DNA from: a virus
Lineage: Duplodnaviria; Caudoviricetes
Length of the DNA: 64,000 nt
IMG/VR virus record: IMGVR_UViG_3300044297_000138
Span: 32,001 to 96,000 of that record
Strand: one strand, 5' to 3'
The translations under genes and the position numbers were made by a program. The notes under the pieces were generated by a model. That model was given only the letters and a program-made list of their open reading frames with translations, searched no databases and was not told the DNA's origin. This document shows, one piece after another, positions 11,901 through 21,960 of the stretch (positions are counted from its first letter, which is position 1; each line of letters starts with the position of its first letter).

Positions 11901-13778
11901 TACTATGGTGCGTATTTTAATGGTAGTTCGGATTATTTGACTCTTCCAGCAAACTCCGCATTTAGTTTAGGAACAGGAGATTTTACATTTGAAGCCTGGG
12001 TGTTTCCTACAGGAACAAATGCATCAGCTATGCCTATCATTGAAATAAGAACATCTGGAGCCAATGCAACTGGAATAGCATTTTTAAGAACAGGTAATGC
12101 ATCAACATTAAATGTTTATACAAACGGAGCTTTTGTTGGAGCGTCATCATCTTCATTAACATTAAATGCATGGAATCATGTTGCGTTAGTTAGAAGTGGA
12201 AGTGGAAGTAACAACTGCACATATTATATAAATGGAACAGCAGCTGGCACATTTACAAATACAGCAAACCTTACTGACGGATCAACCACTGGACCTAAGA
12301 TTGGTGGATCCACATCAGCAGGTGAAGTCTGGATAGGGAGCATGTCTAATGTTCGTATAACTAAAGGACAGGCACTGTACACTGGAACATTTACTCCTAG
12401 TACCTCACCGTTGACTACAACAAGCCAAGGTGCAACAGCAAGTAATGTGAGTGCATTGATTTTGCAAAATTCCACATTCATTGATAATTCACCAAATAAC
12501 TTTGCAGTTACAGCAGCCACAACCACAGTTAAACCAACAAGATTTAGTCCATTCACATTAAGTTATTCTACACAACAACAATACAGTTCAACTGTGTTGG
12601 ATGGCAGTGCATATTTTGATGGTACTGGAGACAATTTGACTATACCTACAAATGCTGCCTTTGAAATTGGTAGTGGAACTTTTACCATAGAACTATGGAT
12701 AAATCCATCGTCGCTTAAAGGTTATCAAGGTATCTTGGGCAAAACTGGTGCGGCTGATTTAAACGGGTGGATTTTATATTTTGAAACAAATAATTCCATA
12801 AACTTTAACACAGGTAATGGTAGCTGGACCGTGTCTTTGAATGGCGGTGCGGTTGTACCACTTAACCAATGGACTCATGTTGCTGTAACCAAAGATTCTA
12901 GCAATGTTTATAGATTGTTCGTTAACGGCAATCAAGTGGCCACCACTACAAATGCACTTACAACCAACACTACCTCTGGTTTATTTTACATAGGTAAATG
13001 GCCTTACTTTCCTAGCTATGCATCCACCATGGACTTTGGTGGATATATGAGCAACATTCGTATAATTAAAGGTACAGCACTCTATACCAGCGCCTTTGTG
13101 CCACCTACATCACCCGTAACACCAGTACAAAATACAACATTGTTAGTGAGTGCTGCAAATGGTGGTATCATTGACAGCAGTATGCAAACAAACTTTGAAA
13201 CATTTGGAGATGCAAGAATTTCAACCGCTGTTACAAAATTTACCGGTGGTTCTAGCATATATTTTGATGGTACTGGGGATTATTTAACTACATCATTGAA
13301 TCAAAATTTACAATTTGGAACTGGAGATTTCACCGTAGAATGTTGGTCATATCTTCTAAGCAAAGTTACAAATTATCCATGTATTTTTGGTAATTACAAC
13401 AGTTATACAACCGGCGCTTTGTCTTTATTTGCAGGACACAATTCCGGCACCAACACACTATATCAAGTTGCTGTTAACGGAGCTACTTTCCCAGTTATTC
13501 AAAGCACCACAGCAATATCATATAACAACTGGGTACATCTAGCAGTAGTTAGAAGTAGTGGTGTCATCACTTTATATGTTAATGGTGTGGCCAACGGAAC
13601 ATATTCATTCTCCGGTGCGTTGAACGGAGTTGGTTCAAATTTCTGTATTGGTACTGCTTTTGATAACATTACGAACGGTTACATCAATGGTTACCTAAGT
13701 GATTTCCGTGTGACAAAAGGTTATGCTCGTTATACCGCAAACTTCACACCATCAACAGTTCCATTTAGTCCTCGTTGA
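8928..13778 (+). CDS. IPT/Ig-domain plus 6x LamG (concanavalin A-like) virion protein
   Basis: N-terminal IPT/TIG-like and putative Ig repeats (LPTGLTLS); six FTxExW...WxHxAxxR...SNxRI modules. Confidence 0.85.
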   Translation: MTTKISVYNLGPSVTTAIGSGGGPKIQTIVYPGNDTAVNTAGGDVVILTGSGFVTGCTIVINGSLAGSVTFNSSSNVQFTAPAQSSGGYPIYLVNPDGGTAIAVPGLQYSGVPNWSTAAGTLGSVYETTGFANTVIASGDAPITYSVYSGSLPTGASLNSSNGYISGTSSATASSTTYNFTIRATDAQNQDTDRAFSLTVNPDVVTWSSPANNVVYSVGQNSAISNVSLTATSAAGYGVQYSANTLPTGLTLSGSTISGTPTVLGNTNSLITATSNTTSRTAQQIINWVVTVGGDLYMPYVATLLSANTSTSTYISDASTNNFAITPVGSVKPNNFNPLQGGYYSNYFDGSTSALTFSNPTALGSGSFTMECWVYLLGTPSVNYWIYGYRNGADTSPYLFINSSRVPIFGGDISNFVTGTAIPLNTWTHIAVVRNGTAMTLYQNGVSTATATTSQNFSYTGSNGIGKSITSTAYYLNGYISNFRIVSGTAVYTSAFTPPTAPLTAISGTNLLTCQSYNFLDNSTNAIAITNTGSQISSYIPFVPGSSYATYGSTYFNGSTDYSTVADNASLQMGSSDFTYEAWIYPTSAPNAYNSIFYKRASSANYSGVGIAIKSTGVFSVLVASNSSTWGIADESSATFQLNVWQHIAVVRSGSNFYFYVNGVRKISTTIAFSVYDSGAAQAIGCGAADGSQPFTGYINGVRIVKGTAIYTAASFTPPAAPLTAVANTSLLTYQNNTPVTSSVFVDNSTNNFPITRNGDTNAGTFSPYGAGWSNYFNGSGDYLSFPYNSTNFQFAGDFTVECWVNLTARLVSYPTIFSNYSTFAANGLLALFAGHAASTTKYSVSINGTDGVLVSSSTISYGTWTHLAISRSGSTVKLFVNGAVEATATNSTTITGTSNSWWISAAGDAPTTTNIQGYISNFRIVKGTALYTAAFTPGTSPLQAIANTSVLTCQSPNFVDNSGNNFALTVNGSPKVYKYNPFGITTLSTPYYGAYFNGSSDYLTLPANSAFSLGTGDFTFEAWVFPTGTNASAMPIIEIRTSGANATGIAFLRTGNASTLNVYTNGAFVGASSSSLTLNAWNHVALVRSGSGSNNCTYYINGTAAGTFTNTANLTDGSTTGPKIGGSTSAGEVWIGSMSNVRITKGQALYTGTFTPSTSPLTTTSQGATASNVSALILQNSTFIDNSPNNFAVTAATTTVKPTRFSPFTLSYSTQQQYSSTVLDGSAYFDGTGDNLTIPTNAAFEIGSGTFTIELWINPSSLKGYQGILGKTGAADLNGWILYFETNNSINFNTGNGSWTVSLNGGAVVPLNQWTHVAVTKDSSNVYRLFVNGNQVATTTNALTTNTTSGLFYIGKWPYFPSYASTMDFGGYMSNIRIIKGTALYTSAFVPPTSPVTPVQNTTLLVSAANGGIIDSSMQTNFETFGDARISTAVTKFTGGSSIYFDGTGDYLTTSLNQNLQFGTGDFTVECWSYLLSKVTNYPCIFGNYNSYTTGALSLFAGHNSGTNTLYQVAVNGATFPVIQSTTAISYNNWVHLAVVRSSGVITLYVNGVANGTYSFSGALNGVGSNFCIGTAFDNITNGYINGYLSDFRVTKGYARYTANFTPSTVPFSPR

Positions 13779-13808
13779 TAAATATTATATAATTTAATTT
13801 AACAAAAC

Positions 13809-14354
13809 ATGGCATTAACATTTATTAAATCAACAGGAATAGCAAACAGCCAAGCGTATGTCTTTGGCTCAGCCAACGTTACGGGAAACGTAGTCGCTGG
13901 CTCCGTCCTAACAAATAGTTTGTTATATGCCAATGGTTCTCCTTATGTTACTGCTAGTGGCGGCGGTAGTAGCGGCAGCACAATTTACAGCCGTTCAAGC
14001 CAAACTGCAACGGCAAACCAAAATACGTTTACAGTTGCATATACAACAGGTGCACCATTAGAAGTATTCTTAAACGGCGTATTATTAAATAGTGCAGACT
14101 ATAGTGCAACAAACGGAACAACAATTGTATTGACTGATGTTGCAGTAGCAAACGATTTAATTGAATTTGTTACATATAGCAACACTTCAATATCCAGCCT
14201 TACAATGGCTAACGTAGCAACAATAAATAGTACGAACTTAACATCCAACTTAACAATTTCCGCAGGTTATAGTGCAATGAGTGTGGGTCCATTAAGCATT
14301 GCAAACAACGTAGTCATCAGCATAGCTAGCGGACAGAAATGGGTGATATTGTAA
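13809..14354 (+). CDS. tail fibre-associated protein
   Basis: TATANQNTF...VFLNGVLL...DY motif; C-terminal AMSVGPLSIA...WVIL. Confidence 0.65.
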   Translation: MALTFIKSTGIANSQAYVFGSANVTGNVVAGSVLTNSLLYANGSPYVTASGGGSSGSTIYSRSSQTATANQNTFTVAYTTGAPLEVFLNGVLLNSADYSATNGTTIVLTDVAVANDLIEFVTYSNTSISSLTMANVATINSTNLTSNLTISAGYSAMSVGPLSIANNVVISIASGQKWVIL

Positions 14355-14355
14355 A

Positions 14356-15366
14356 ATGGCAACCAAAGCAAGACAATTAGGATCTATAGTCGCCACGGGC
14401 GGCAGTGTTATTACCGAAATTGGTACTACTGCTCAGCGATCATCATCACCATCAAATGGTGCTATGCGTATTAATACTTCAACAGGATATCTAGAAATTT
14501 ATTATAATGGTATTTGGTCAACAATTAAAAACCTAGCCCCTCCTGTTTTCAGTTCAGGAGGAAATGGTATACTTTCTTCTAGCGGTCTTTATAATTATTA
14601 CACATTTAGCACAACAGGCAACACATCCATTACATTGTCCACAGGAGGACAAGTTGATATTTTTGCAGTAGGTGGTGGCGGTGGTGGCGGCGGAACTGAT
14701 GCATCAATTTATGGTGCTGGTGGCGGCGGTGGAGCCGCAGTTATTGGCACTTTCACACTCGCTGCCGGAACTTATACCGTATCTGTTGGTGGTGGAGGCG
14801 GTGCAGGATCATCCAACGTCACAGGTACAGGAGGTGGTGCGGCCGGAGCAAATGGAGGCGGCGCAGGCGGAAATGCCGGTGGCAGCGGTGCTTCTGGTGG
14901 AGGCGGAGGTGGTGGAGGTTGGTCTGGAATCCGAGATAGCAACGGAAATTTTTTACTTGTGGCCGGCGGCGGTGCAGGTGGCGGCGGCTCAAACGAAGGT
15001 GTTGCAAATGATGTGGCAACCGCTGGCGGCGGCGTTCAAAATAACGGCGCCAATGGCACCAATAGTACCGGCGCTAACGGATCCGCATATAGCGGCGATG
15101 GCGGTGGCTGGGGTGGTGGTGGCGGTGGATATTATGGCGGTGCAGGACAAAACACTACAAGTGGCGCAAGCAGTGGAGGTGGAAATTATAATACAGGAAC
15201 AAATACATCATCAGCAAATGGAAATTCCGGTAGCGTAGGAAGCAGTTCGCCTGTTTCCGGTGGTGGTGTACCTAATACACAGTTCACAACTTGGAGTGGA
15301 ACTGGTGGAGCAGGCGGAAGTTCTGCTTCCAATGGCAGTAATGGTCTAGTAATAATAAGATGGTAA
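14356..15366 (+). CDS. glycine-rich adhesin-like protein
   Basis: Poly-Gly motifs; ends GLVIIRW. Confidence 0.75.
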   Translation: MATKARQLGSIVATGGSVITEIGTTAQRSSSPSNGAMRINTSTGYLEIYYNGIWSTIKNLAPPVFSSGGNGILSSSGLYNYYTFSTTGNTSITLSTGGQVDIFAVGGGGGGGGTDASIYGAGGGGGAAVIGTFTLAAGTYTVSVGGGGGAGSSNVTGTGGGAAGANGGGAGGNAGGSGASGGGGGGGGWSGIRDSNGNFLLVAGGGAGGGGSNEGVANDVATAGGGVQNNGANGTNSTGANGSAYSGDGGGWGGGGGGYYGGAGQNTTSGASSGGGNYNTGTNTSSANGNSGSVGSSSPVSGGGVPNTQFTTWSGTGGAGGSSASNGSNGLVIIRW

Positions 15367-15401
15367 ATTCTATTAATTTGATAACATATACAGCATAAAT
15401 C

Positions 15402-16055
15402 ATGGCAAGCATAATCAACGCATCAACAACATCCACATCAGGCCTAGTATATTCGGCTGATGCCAGCGGAGTATTGCAGTTACAAAGTAATGGTACAACT
15501 GGTTTGACAGTAGATACCGCAGCCAACGTTTCAACCGCAAACTTATCAGTAACAGGCACTTTAACTGTGGCTGGTAATGTAATAGCAAAAAGTTTTTCAA
15601 CTGTTCAAACTACTACTTCAGGAACAAGTAAAGATTTCACCGGCATACCAAGTTGGGCTAAAAAAGTTACATTCATGTATTATAATTGCCAGACCAACGG
15701 AACTTCCAATCCAATCATTCAATTAGGCACCAGCGGAGGCGTTGTCACTAGTGGTTATATAAGCTCAGGAGCAGCTACCAACGGTGGAGCAGGTTCGTCA
15801 GCACAATATACGAATGGATTTGGTCTAGGTGGTGGCGTCGCAGCAACGAGTATATGGTCGGGAATAATGACTATTATGAATATTTCAGGCAACACTTGGG
15901 TGGCTTCAACAAGCGGCGCATATAACGATGCATCTTATGTTAGTGCGGGTGGAGGATACGTAACTCTAAGTGGTCCGTTAACTAGTATTAGATACACTAC
16001 AGTTGGTGGAACCAGTACATTGACTGCTGGAAACACCAACATCATGTATGAATAA
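15402..16055 (+). CDS. tail fibre-associated protein
   Basis: S/T/G-rich ORF in the fibre cluster. Confidence 0.65.
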   Translation: MASIINASTTSTSGLVYSADASGVLQLQSNGTTGLTVDTAANVSTANLSVTGTLTVAGNVIAKSFSTVQTTTSGTSKDFTGIPSWAKKVTFMYYNCQTNGTSNPIIQLGTSGGVVTSGYISSGAATNGGAGSSAQYTNGFGLGGGVAATSIWSGIMTIMNISGNTWVASTSGAYNDASYVSAGGGYVTLSGPLTSIRYTTVGGTSTLTAGNTNIMYE

Positions 16056-16064
16056 GGATTAATC

Positions 16065-17081
16065 ATGCCATACGGAACATTAGCAACAGACGCAATATCA
16101 ACATCAGGTAATTTGGCAGTTACAGGTAATGTAACAATATCCGGATCTTTAACTTTAGGAACATGGACTACTGCTGGACGTCCGAGTAGTCCAAGTAATG
16201 GTCAAATGGGATTAAACACCACTTTGGGATATATTGAGTGGTATAGTTCAACATTTTCATCGTGGTTTCCAATTTATCAAGCCGCAACATACACCGCAAA
16301 TTATTTGATAGTAGCTGGCGGAGGCGGTGGCGGTAGATATTACGGTGGTGCTGGCGGTGCCGGCGGCCTTTTGAGTGGCATAACAAATTTATCGTTAGGA
16401 ACAACATATAGTTTTATTGTTGGTGGTGGTGGAGCAGGTAACAATGGCCAAACAGCTACTACTAATATGATTGGTACTCAAGGCACTTCATCTACAGGAT
16501 TAGGTTTAACTGCTATCGGTGGTGGTGCCGGTAACGGAAGTAATAGTGGAGGATACACCGGTGGATCCGGTGGTTCTGGTGGTGGATCCGGCGGCACAGG
16601 TAGTACTGCAACAGGTGGTTCTGGAACAAGCGGACAAGGAAATGCTGGTGGTACTGCAAGCGGCAGTGGTGGCGGCGGCGGAGGAGGTGCTGGTGGTGCT
16701 GGCGCAAACGGCGCAACCAACACAGGCGGTGCAGGCGGTGTTGGCCTTGCTTCCACAATTACAGGATCTTCTGTGTATTATGCCGGCGGCGGCGGTGGTT
16801 CATCCGCTACTATTGGTACAGGTGGTTCTGGTGGAGGTGGAAACGGCGCAAACGATTCACAAGCAGGTACTGCCGGATCAACAAACACTGGTGGTGGAGG
16901 CGGCGGTGGTTCTTTTGCTAGCGCATCAAATTTTCCAGGTTCAGCTGGTGGTTCAGGAGTTATAATTCTTTCGGTACCTACTGTTTATTATACTGGAAAC
17001 ACAACAGGTTCACCTACAGTTACAACAAGTGGTTCAAATACTATTTTAAAATTTACTTCTTCAGGATCATACACGGCATAA
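16065..17081 (+). CDS. glycine-rich adhesin-like protein (family A)
   Basis: YLIVAGGGGGG...YYAGGGGG...GSGVII...FTSSGSYTA. Confidence 0.8.
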   Translation: MPYGTLATDAISTSGNLAVTGNVTISGSLTLGTWTTAGRPSSPSNGQMGLNTTLGYIEWYSSTFSSWFPIYQAATYTANYLIVAGGGGGGRYYGGAGGAGGLLSGITNLSLGTTYSFIVGGGGAGNNGQTATTNMIGTQGTSSTGLGLTAIGGGAGNGSNSGGYTGGSGGSGGGSGGTGSTATGGSGTSGQGNAGGTASGSGGGGGGGAGGAGANGATNTGGAGGVGLASTITGSSVYYAGGGGGSSATIGTGGSGGGGNGANDSQAGTAGSTNTGGGGGGGSFASASNFPGSAGGSGVIILSVPTVYYTGNTTGSPTVTTSGSNTILKFTSSGSYTA

Positions 17082-17084
17082 ATC

Positions 17085-18065
17085 ATGGCACTAATACTAG
17101 ACGGCACAAATGGAATAACATTACCAACATGGACTACTGCTGGACGTCCGAGTAATCCTAGTAATGCTCAAATAGGTTTTAATACTACATTAGGATATCC
17201 TGAATGGTATAGTTCATCATATTCTAGTTGGTTTCCGGTGTTTCAAGGCCCTCAGTACAGCATTGATTATTTGATAGTCGCTGGTGGCGGTGGTGGTGGC
17301 CAAACAATTGGTGGTGGAGGAGGTGCCGGAGGATATTTAACATCATCAGGCATTGTCAATGTTACTCCTCTGACAGCATATACTATAACTATTGGTGCTG
17401 GCGGTGCAGGAGCAGCAGGTAGTGGCACTTACAGTAGTGGAGGTGGTACTGTTGGATCAAACTCATCCGTGATAATCTCTAGCACCGTTACAGCAATTGG
17501 CGGCGGCGGCGGAGGTAACTATAGCGATGCTAGCAATGGATCTACTTCTGGCGGCTCAGGTGGTGGCGCCGGTGCAGGTCCATACGGTGCAGGTTCGTCT
17601 GGAACGGCAGGACAAGGTAATGCAGGTGGACCTGCAAATAATAATACAAATGATGGTGGCGGTGGAGGTGGCGCAGGCGCAGTTGGCGGCACCGCTACTA
17701 ACGGTACCGCTGGTGCTGGTGGCGCTGGCTTAAATTGGCAAAGTTTAGGTACTTATTACGCAGGCGGCGGTGGAGGTGGTGCAAGAAACCCAGGCGGTAA
17801 TGCTGGCGGTGCCGGTGGTAACGGAGGTGGTGGAGCAGGTGGATACGCAGCCACAGGCACCGCCGGAACTGTTAATACTGGCGGTGGTGGTGGAGGTGGT
17901 GGATATAACAACTCTGGAGCTGCTCAATACGGAGGTGGTGCAGGTGGTTCTGGTGTTGTTATTATTCGTTACGCCGGAACACAAAAAGGCACAGGAGGCA
18001 CAATCACTTCTTCAGGTGGATATACATATCATACCTTCACCAGTTCAGGAACATATACGGCATAA
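17085..18065 (+). CDS. glycine-rich adhesin-like protein (family A)
   Basis: Same motif set; shares WTTAGRPS N-terminal module with the upstream gene. Confidence 0.8.
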   Translation: MALILDGTNGITLPTWTTAGRPSNPSNAQIGFNTTLGYPEWYSSSYSSWFPVFQGPQYSIDYLIVAGGGGGGQTIGGGGGAGGYLTSSGIVNVTPLTAYTITIGAGGAGAAGSGTYSSGGGTVGSNSSVIISSTVTAIGGGGGGNYSDASNGSTSGGSGGGAGAGPYGAGSSGTAGQGNAGGPANNNTNDGGGGGGAGAVGGTATNGTAGAGGAGLNWQSLGTYYAGGGGGGARNPGGNAGGAGGNGGGGAGGYAATGTAGTVNTGGGGGGGGYNNSGAAQYGGGAGGSGVVIIRYAGTQKGTGGTITSSGGYTYHTFTSSGTYTA

Positions 18066-18111
18066 GATAAATAATTGTTTAACACTTAAACTTTTTTTAA
18101 CGAGGAAAAAC

Positions 18112-18477
18112 ATGGCACATTTTGCACAATTGGATGATAATAACATTGTAACACAAGTAATTGTTGTTGGTAATGGTGAACTGCTAGATGAGAATGGTGT
18201 GGAACAAGAGAGCAAAGGCATTGCTTTCTGCCAATCACTTCTCGGTGGAAACTGGAAACAAACAAGTTACAATGCAAACATTAGAAAGAACTATGCAGGT
18301 ATTGGTTACACATACGATGCCGATAGAGATGCTTTCATTCCATCTAAGCCTTTCAACAGTTGGATTCTAAACGAAGATACTTGCCAATGGGAAGCACCTG
18401 TTGCAAGACCGGATGACGGAAAGTTTTATGTTTGGAATGAAGAAACAACTTCTTGGGATGTAGTTGTAATAGAATAA
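18112..18477 (+). CDS. small acidic fibre-associated protein (MAHFAQLD... type)
   Basis: GAGGA RBS before ATG 18112; WKQTSYN...RKNYAGIGY.YD...DAFI motif. Confidence 0.75.
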   Translation: MAHFAQLDDNNIVTQVIVVGNGELLDENGVEQESKGIAFCQSLLGGNWKQTSYNANIRKNYAGIGYTYDADRDAFIPSKPFNSWILNEDTCQWEAPVARPDDGKFYVWNEETTSWDVVVIE

Positions 18478-18478
18478 A

Positions 18479-19363
18479 ATGCCAATTACAATTGGATCAG
18501 GTATCACACTTGGTGCCTTCAATTTAACTCTGCTGCCTAATGGTTGGAGCGCAACACCACCAACAGTAGAGTACTTGGTTGTTGCTGGCGGTGGACCTGG
18601 CGGTGGCCACTATGGTGGTGGCGGCGGTGCAGGCGGATATCTAACTGGAACTTTATCAGTTAACCCAAGTACACCCTACACAATTACTATTGGTGGCGGT
18701 GGAACATCAGTTAGTGGTGGTGGCACAAAAGGTACCAACGGTTCAAACTCAGTTTTTGCAACAGTTACAACTATAGGTGGCGGTGCCGGCGGTTCAAGAG
18801 ACGGTAATTTCGCTGGAAACAGCGGAGGATCAGGTGGAGGTGGTGGCGGTGATGATACTGATCCTGCTGGTGGTTCTGGCACAGTTAGCCAAGGCAATAA
18901 TGGAGGTCAAGGTAATGGTACCGGAACAACAGCATCAATCGGCGGCGGCGGAGGTGGTGCCGGAGCAGTTGGTAGTCCTGGTGTTGGCATAAGTTCAGGT
19001 ACTTCAGCTGGCGGTGTCGGTTTACAATCAAGTATTAGTGGCAGTGCTACATACTATGCAGGCGGCGGTGGCGGTGGTTCACAAGCTACTACAGCCGGTG
19101 CCGGTGGCAATGGTGGCGGCGGAACCGGTGGGTTTAATGCCGGCAATGGTACAGCAGGAACAACAAATACTGGCGGTGGCGGCGGCGGTGCTGGTCAGTC
19201 TGGTTCTGGATCAGCGTCTGGTGCAGGTGGATCTGGTGTTGTTATCATTCGTTATGCAGATTCTTATCCGGCCGCAACAAGTACCACAGGTACGCCAACA
19301 ATTACAGTTGCTGGTGGTTACAGAGTATACAAATTTACCGGATCAGGTTCAATTACGTTCTGA
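18479..19363 (+). CDS. glycine-rich adhesin-like protein (family A)
   Basis: Ends GVVIIRYADSYPAAT...YKFTGSGSITF. Confidence 0.8.
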   Translation: MPITIGSGITLGAFNLTLLPNGWSATPPTVEYLVVAGGGPGGGHYGGGGGAGGYLTGTLSVNPSTPYTITIGGGGTSVSGGGTKGTNGSNSVFATVTTIGGGAGGSRDGNFAGNSGGSGGGGGGDDTDPAGGSGTVSQGNNGGQGNGTGTTASIGGGGGGAGAVGSPGVGISSGTSAGGVGLQSSISGSATYYAGGGGGGSQATTAGAGGNGGGGTGGFNAGNGTAGTTNTGGGGGGAGQSGSGSASGAGGSGVVIIRYADSYPAATSTTGTPTITVAGGYRVYKFTGSGSITF

Positions 19364-19380
19364 TGAATTAGGAAATAAAG

Positions 19381-20181
19381 ATGGCTTTTAATATTGGACC
19401 AGGAATATCATTCGGCAATTTAAATATTACTGTATTGCCTAATGGGTATTCAAGTACAGTTTCAATTAACTATTTGATTGTAGCTGGTGGTGGCAGTTCA
19501 AGTTGGGGTGGGGGTGCTGGCGGCGGCCTAGTATATTCATCAACAGCAACAACATTAAACACAGGAACAACCTATAATATAGTTGTTGGTGCTGGCGGCA
19601 CTTCTGGTACCGATGGTAGCGACTCAACTTTTTTAGGTTGTACCGCAACAGGTGGCGGCCGAGGAGGCGCCAGCACCGGGTTTAGTGGAGGTTCTGGTGG
19701 AGGAGGAGGTGTAAATTCTCCTCGTACAGGCGGATCATCAACACAAACCACAAGTTATCCATCAGTTAATGGCGTTGGATTAGGTAATATTGGTGGTAAC
19801 GGTGCCGCTGGCGTGCTACTTGGAGGCGGCGGTGGTGGTGCTGGTGCAGCTGGAGGTGACGCCTCAGATCCCGTTTCTGGATCTGGCGGAAATGGTTATC
19901 AATCGTCAATTACCGGAACCGCCCTGTATTATGCAGGCGGCGGTGCAGGAGGATATAGTGGCAGTGGAAAAAGTGGTGGTGGTGGAGGATTAGGATCCGT
20001 ATCCAACTTACATAACGCCGGAGGTGGTGCTAATGGATCATCAGGTAATGGCGGTGCTGGAGTTGTTATTATATCGGCACCGTCTAGTGCTGTTGCTGTT
20101 ACTACTGGTTCACCAACAATAACCACATCTGGCGCAAATAAAATATATAAATTCACCGGTTCAGGTTCAATTACATTCTAA
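19381..20181 (+). CDS. glycine-rich adhesin-like protein (family A)
   Basis: Ends YKFTGSGSITF. Confidence 0.8.
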   Translation: MAFNIGPGISFGNLNITVLPNGYSSTVSINYLIVAGGGSSSWGGGAGGGLVYSSTATTLNTGTTYNIVVGAGGTSGTDGSDSTFLGCTATGGGRGGASTGFSGGSGGGGGVNSPRTGGSSTQTTSYPSVNGVGLGNIGGNGAAGVLLGGGGGGAGAAGGDASDPVSGSGGNGYQSSITGTALYYAGGGAGGYSGSGKSGGGGGLGSVSNLHNAGGGANGSSGNGGAGVVIISAPSSAVAVTTGSPTITTSGANKIYKFTGSGSITF

Positions 20182-20199
20182 TGATTTAAGGAAAATATA

Positions 20200-21051
20200 A
20201 TGTCAATAGTAATAGGACCAGGAATCGCATGGAGTTCAGGCGTTCAAATACTAGCAGAAATAACAGCACCATTATTAATAGATTATTTGGTGGTTGCTGG
20301 TGGCGGAGGTGGAGGCAGCGGAGCTTCAGCAGCTGACAACGGTGGCGGAGGTGGTGCTGGAGGTTATCTTTCAGCCACCTCATATTCTGCCAATCAAGGT
20401 TCAAGTTTTACTGTAACTGTTGGCGCAGGCGGCGCAGCAAACGCAGCCGGTTCAAATAGTGTCTTTGGAATATTTACCGCAATAGGTGGAGGCCTTGGCG
20501 GCGGCCAAGCCAATCATAATGGTGGCAACGGTGGTTCAGGTGGTGGTGGCGGTCCAAATGCTGCAGGTAGAGCTGCTGGTTTGGGTACAGCAGGACAAGG
20601 AAATAATGGTGCAGCTGGTAATCCAAACAATCCGTTTCAAGGCGGCGGTGGAGGTGGCGCTGGCCAAGCAGGGAACACCAATGGTACAGGTTATGGTGGT
20701 AACGGACTACAAACGTCAATAAGCGGAACTGCAACTTATTATGCCGGCGGTGGTGGCGGCGGCGCTGATGCATCTCCAGGATCAGGCGGATTAGGTGGTG
20801 GCGGATCAGGTGTTGTTTACAGTAGCGGTGTTGGCGGAGGTGCTGGCACAGTTAACACTGGCGGTGGAGGAGGCGGCGGTGCATCACAAGGTAGTTCTAT
20901 TCCTGGTGGAGCTGGCGGATCAGGAATTGTAATTGTTCGTTATGCAGACAGCTATCCAGCAGCAACTTCTACAACAGGTTCACCTACTGTAACCGTTTCT
21001 GGCGGGTACAGAATATATAAATTCACCAGCTCAGGTTCAATTACTTTTTGA
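20200..21051 (+). CDS. glycine-rich adhesin-like protein (family A)
   Basis: Ends RYADSYPAAT...YKFTSSGSITF. Confidence 0.8.
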   Translation: MSIVIGPGIAWSSGVQILAEITAPLLIDYLVVAGGGGGGSGASAADNGGGGGAGGYLSATSYSANQGSSFTVTVGAGGAANAAGSNSVFGIFTAIGGGLGGGQANHNGGNGGSGGGGGPNAAGRAAGLGTAGQGNNGAAGNPNNPFQGGGGGGAGQAGNTNGTGYGGNGLQTSISGTATYYAGGGGGGADASPGSGGLGGGGSGVVYSSGVGGGAGTVNTGGGGGGGASQGSSIPGGAGGSGIVIVRYADSYPAATSTTGSPTVTVSGGYRIYKFTSSGSITF

Positions 21052-21066
21052 TAATTAGGAAAAATA

Positions 21067-21951
21067 ATGGCATTAGTAATAACAGGCGGAGTTTCTTGGA
21101 GTACAGGTATTAATATAATATCTGAAACATCTCCAGCTTCAGCACCACCAACAGTAGAATATCTTGTTGTTGCTGGTGGAGGCGGTGGCGGATGGTATTG
21201 GGGGGGTGGAGGCGGAGCCGGTGGATATAGAACTGCTGCTGGTTATTCTGTTTCTGGTGGCACAACTTATACTGTTACAGTTGGTGCAGGCGGCGCAAAA
21301 CGAGCTGCAGGAGCGAATTCGGTATTTGATACAATAACATCAACTGGTGGAGGACCAGGCCAAAACGGCGGCAGCGATTTAGGTGCTGCCAGACCAGCTC
21401 CAGGTGGTTCAGGCGGCGGCGCATCATTTTACAACGGTAGAGGTGGTTTGGGAAATACACCTTCAACTTCACCATCTCAGGGTTATAACGGTGGAGATAC
21501 GAATAATCCAGGTTACGGTACTGGCGCTGGTGGCGGTGGGGCAGGCGCCGTTGGAGGAAGCGTAACTGGTGCTGGGCCAGCAGGAAACGGTGGTATAGGT
21601 GTACAATCAAGCATATCAGGAACTGCAACATATTATGCAGGAGGCGGTGGCGGTGGAATAGAATCTGGTAGTAACAGTGCTGGAACAGGCGGATCAGGTA
21701 TCGGCGGTAATGGCGGCAAAGATGGCGGATCTAATGCCACCGCTGGAGCGACAAACACAGGTAGTGGAGGCGGAGGTGCCGGTAGTGGCGGAGCCGCAAC
21801 AGAAACGGGTTTAGGTGGTTCCGGTGTTGTGATCGTTCGTTATGCAGATAGCTATCCAGCAGCAACTTCTACAACAGGTTCACCTACTATAACAGTTGCT
21901 GGTGGTTATAGAGTATATAAATTCACCAGCTCAGGTTCAATTACATTCTAA
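21067..21951 (+). CDS. glycine-rich adhesin-like protein (family A)
   Basis: Ends RYADSYPAAT...YKFTSSGSITF. Confidence 0.8.
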   Translation: MALVITGGVSWSTGINIISETSPASAPPTVEYLVVAGGGGGGWYWGGGGGAGGYRTAAGYSVSGGTTYTVTVGAGGAKRAAGANSVFDTITSTGGGPGQNGGSDLGAARPAPGGSGGGASFYNGRGGLGNTPSTSPSQGYNGGDTNNPGYGTGAGGGGAGAVGGSVTGAGPAGNGGIGVQSSISGTATYYAGGGGGGIESGSNSAGTGGSGIGGNGGKDGGSNATAGATNTGSGGGGAGSGGAATETGLGGSGVVIVRYADSYPAATSTTGSPTITVAGGYRVYKFTSSGSITF

Positions 21952-21960
21952 AGGTTTGAA

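Noticed and set aside
17770-18111. N-terminal extension of the 235-aa ORF in the track
   Set aside because: Off-frame shadow of the Gly-rich gene; the real start is ATG 18112 with a GAGGA RBS.
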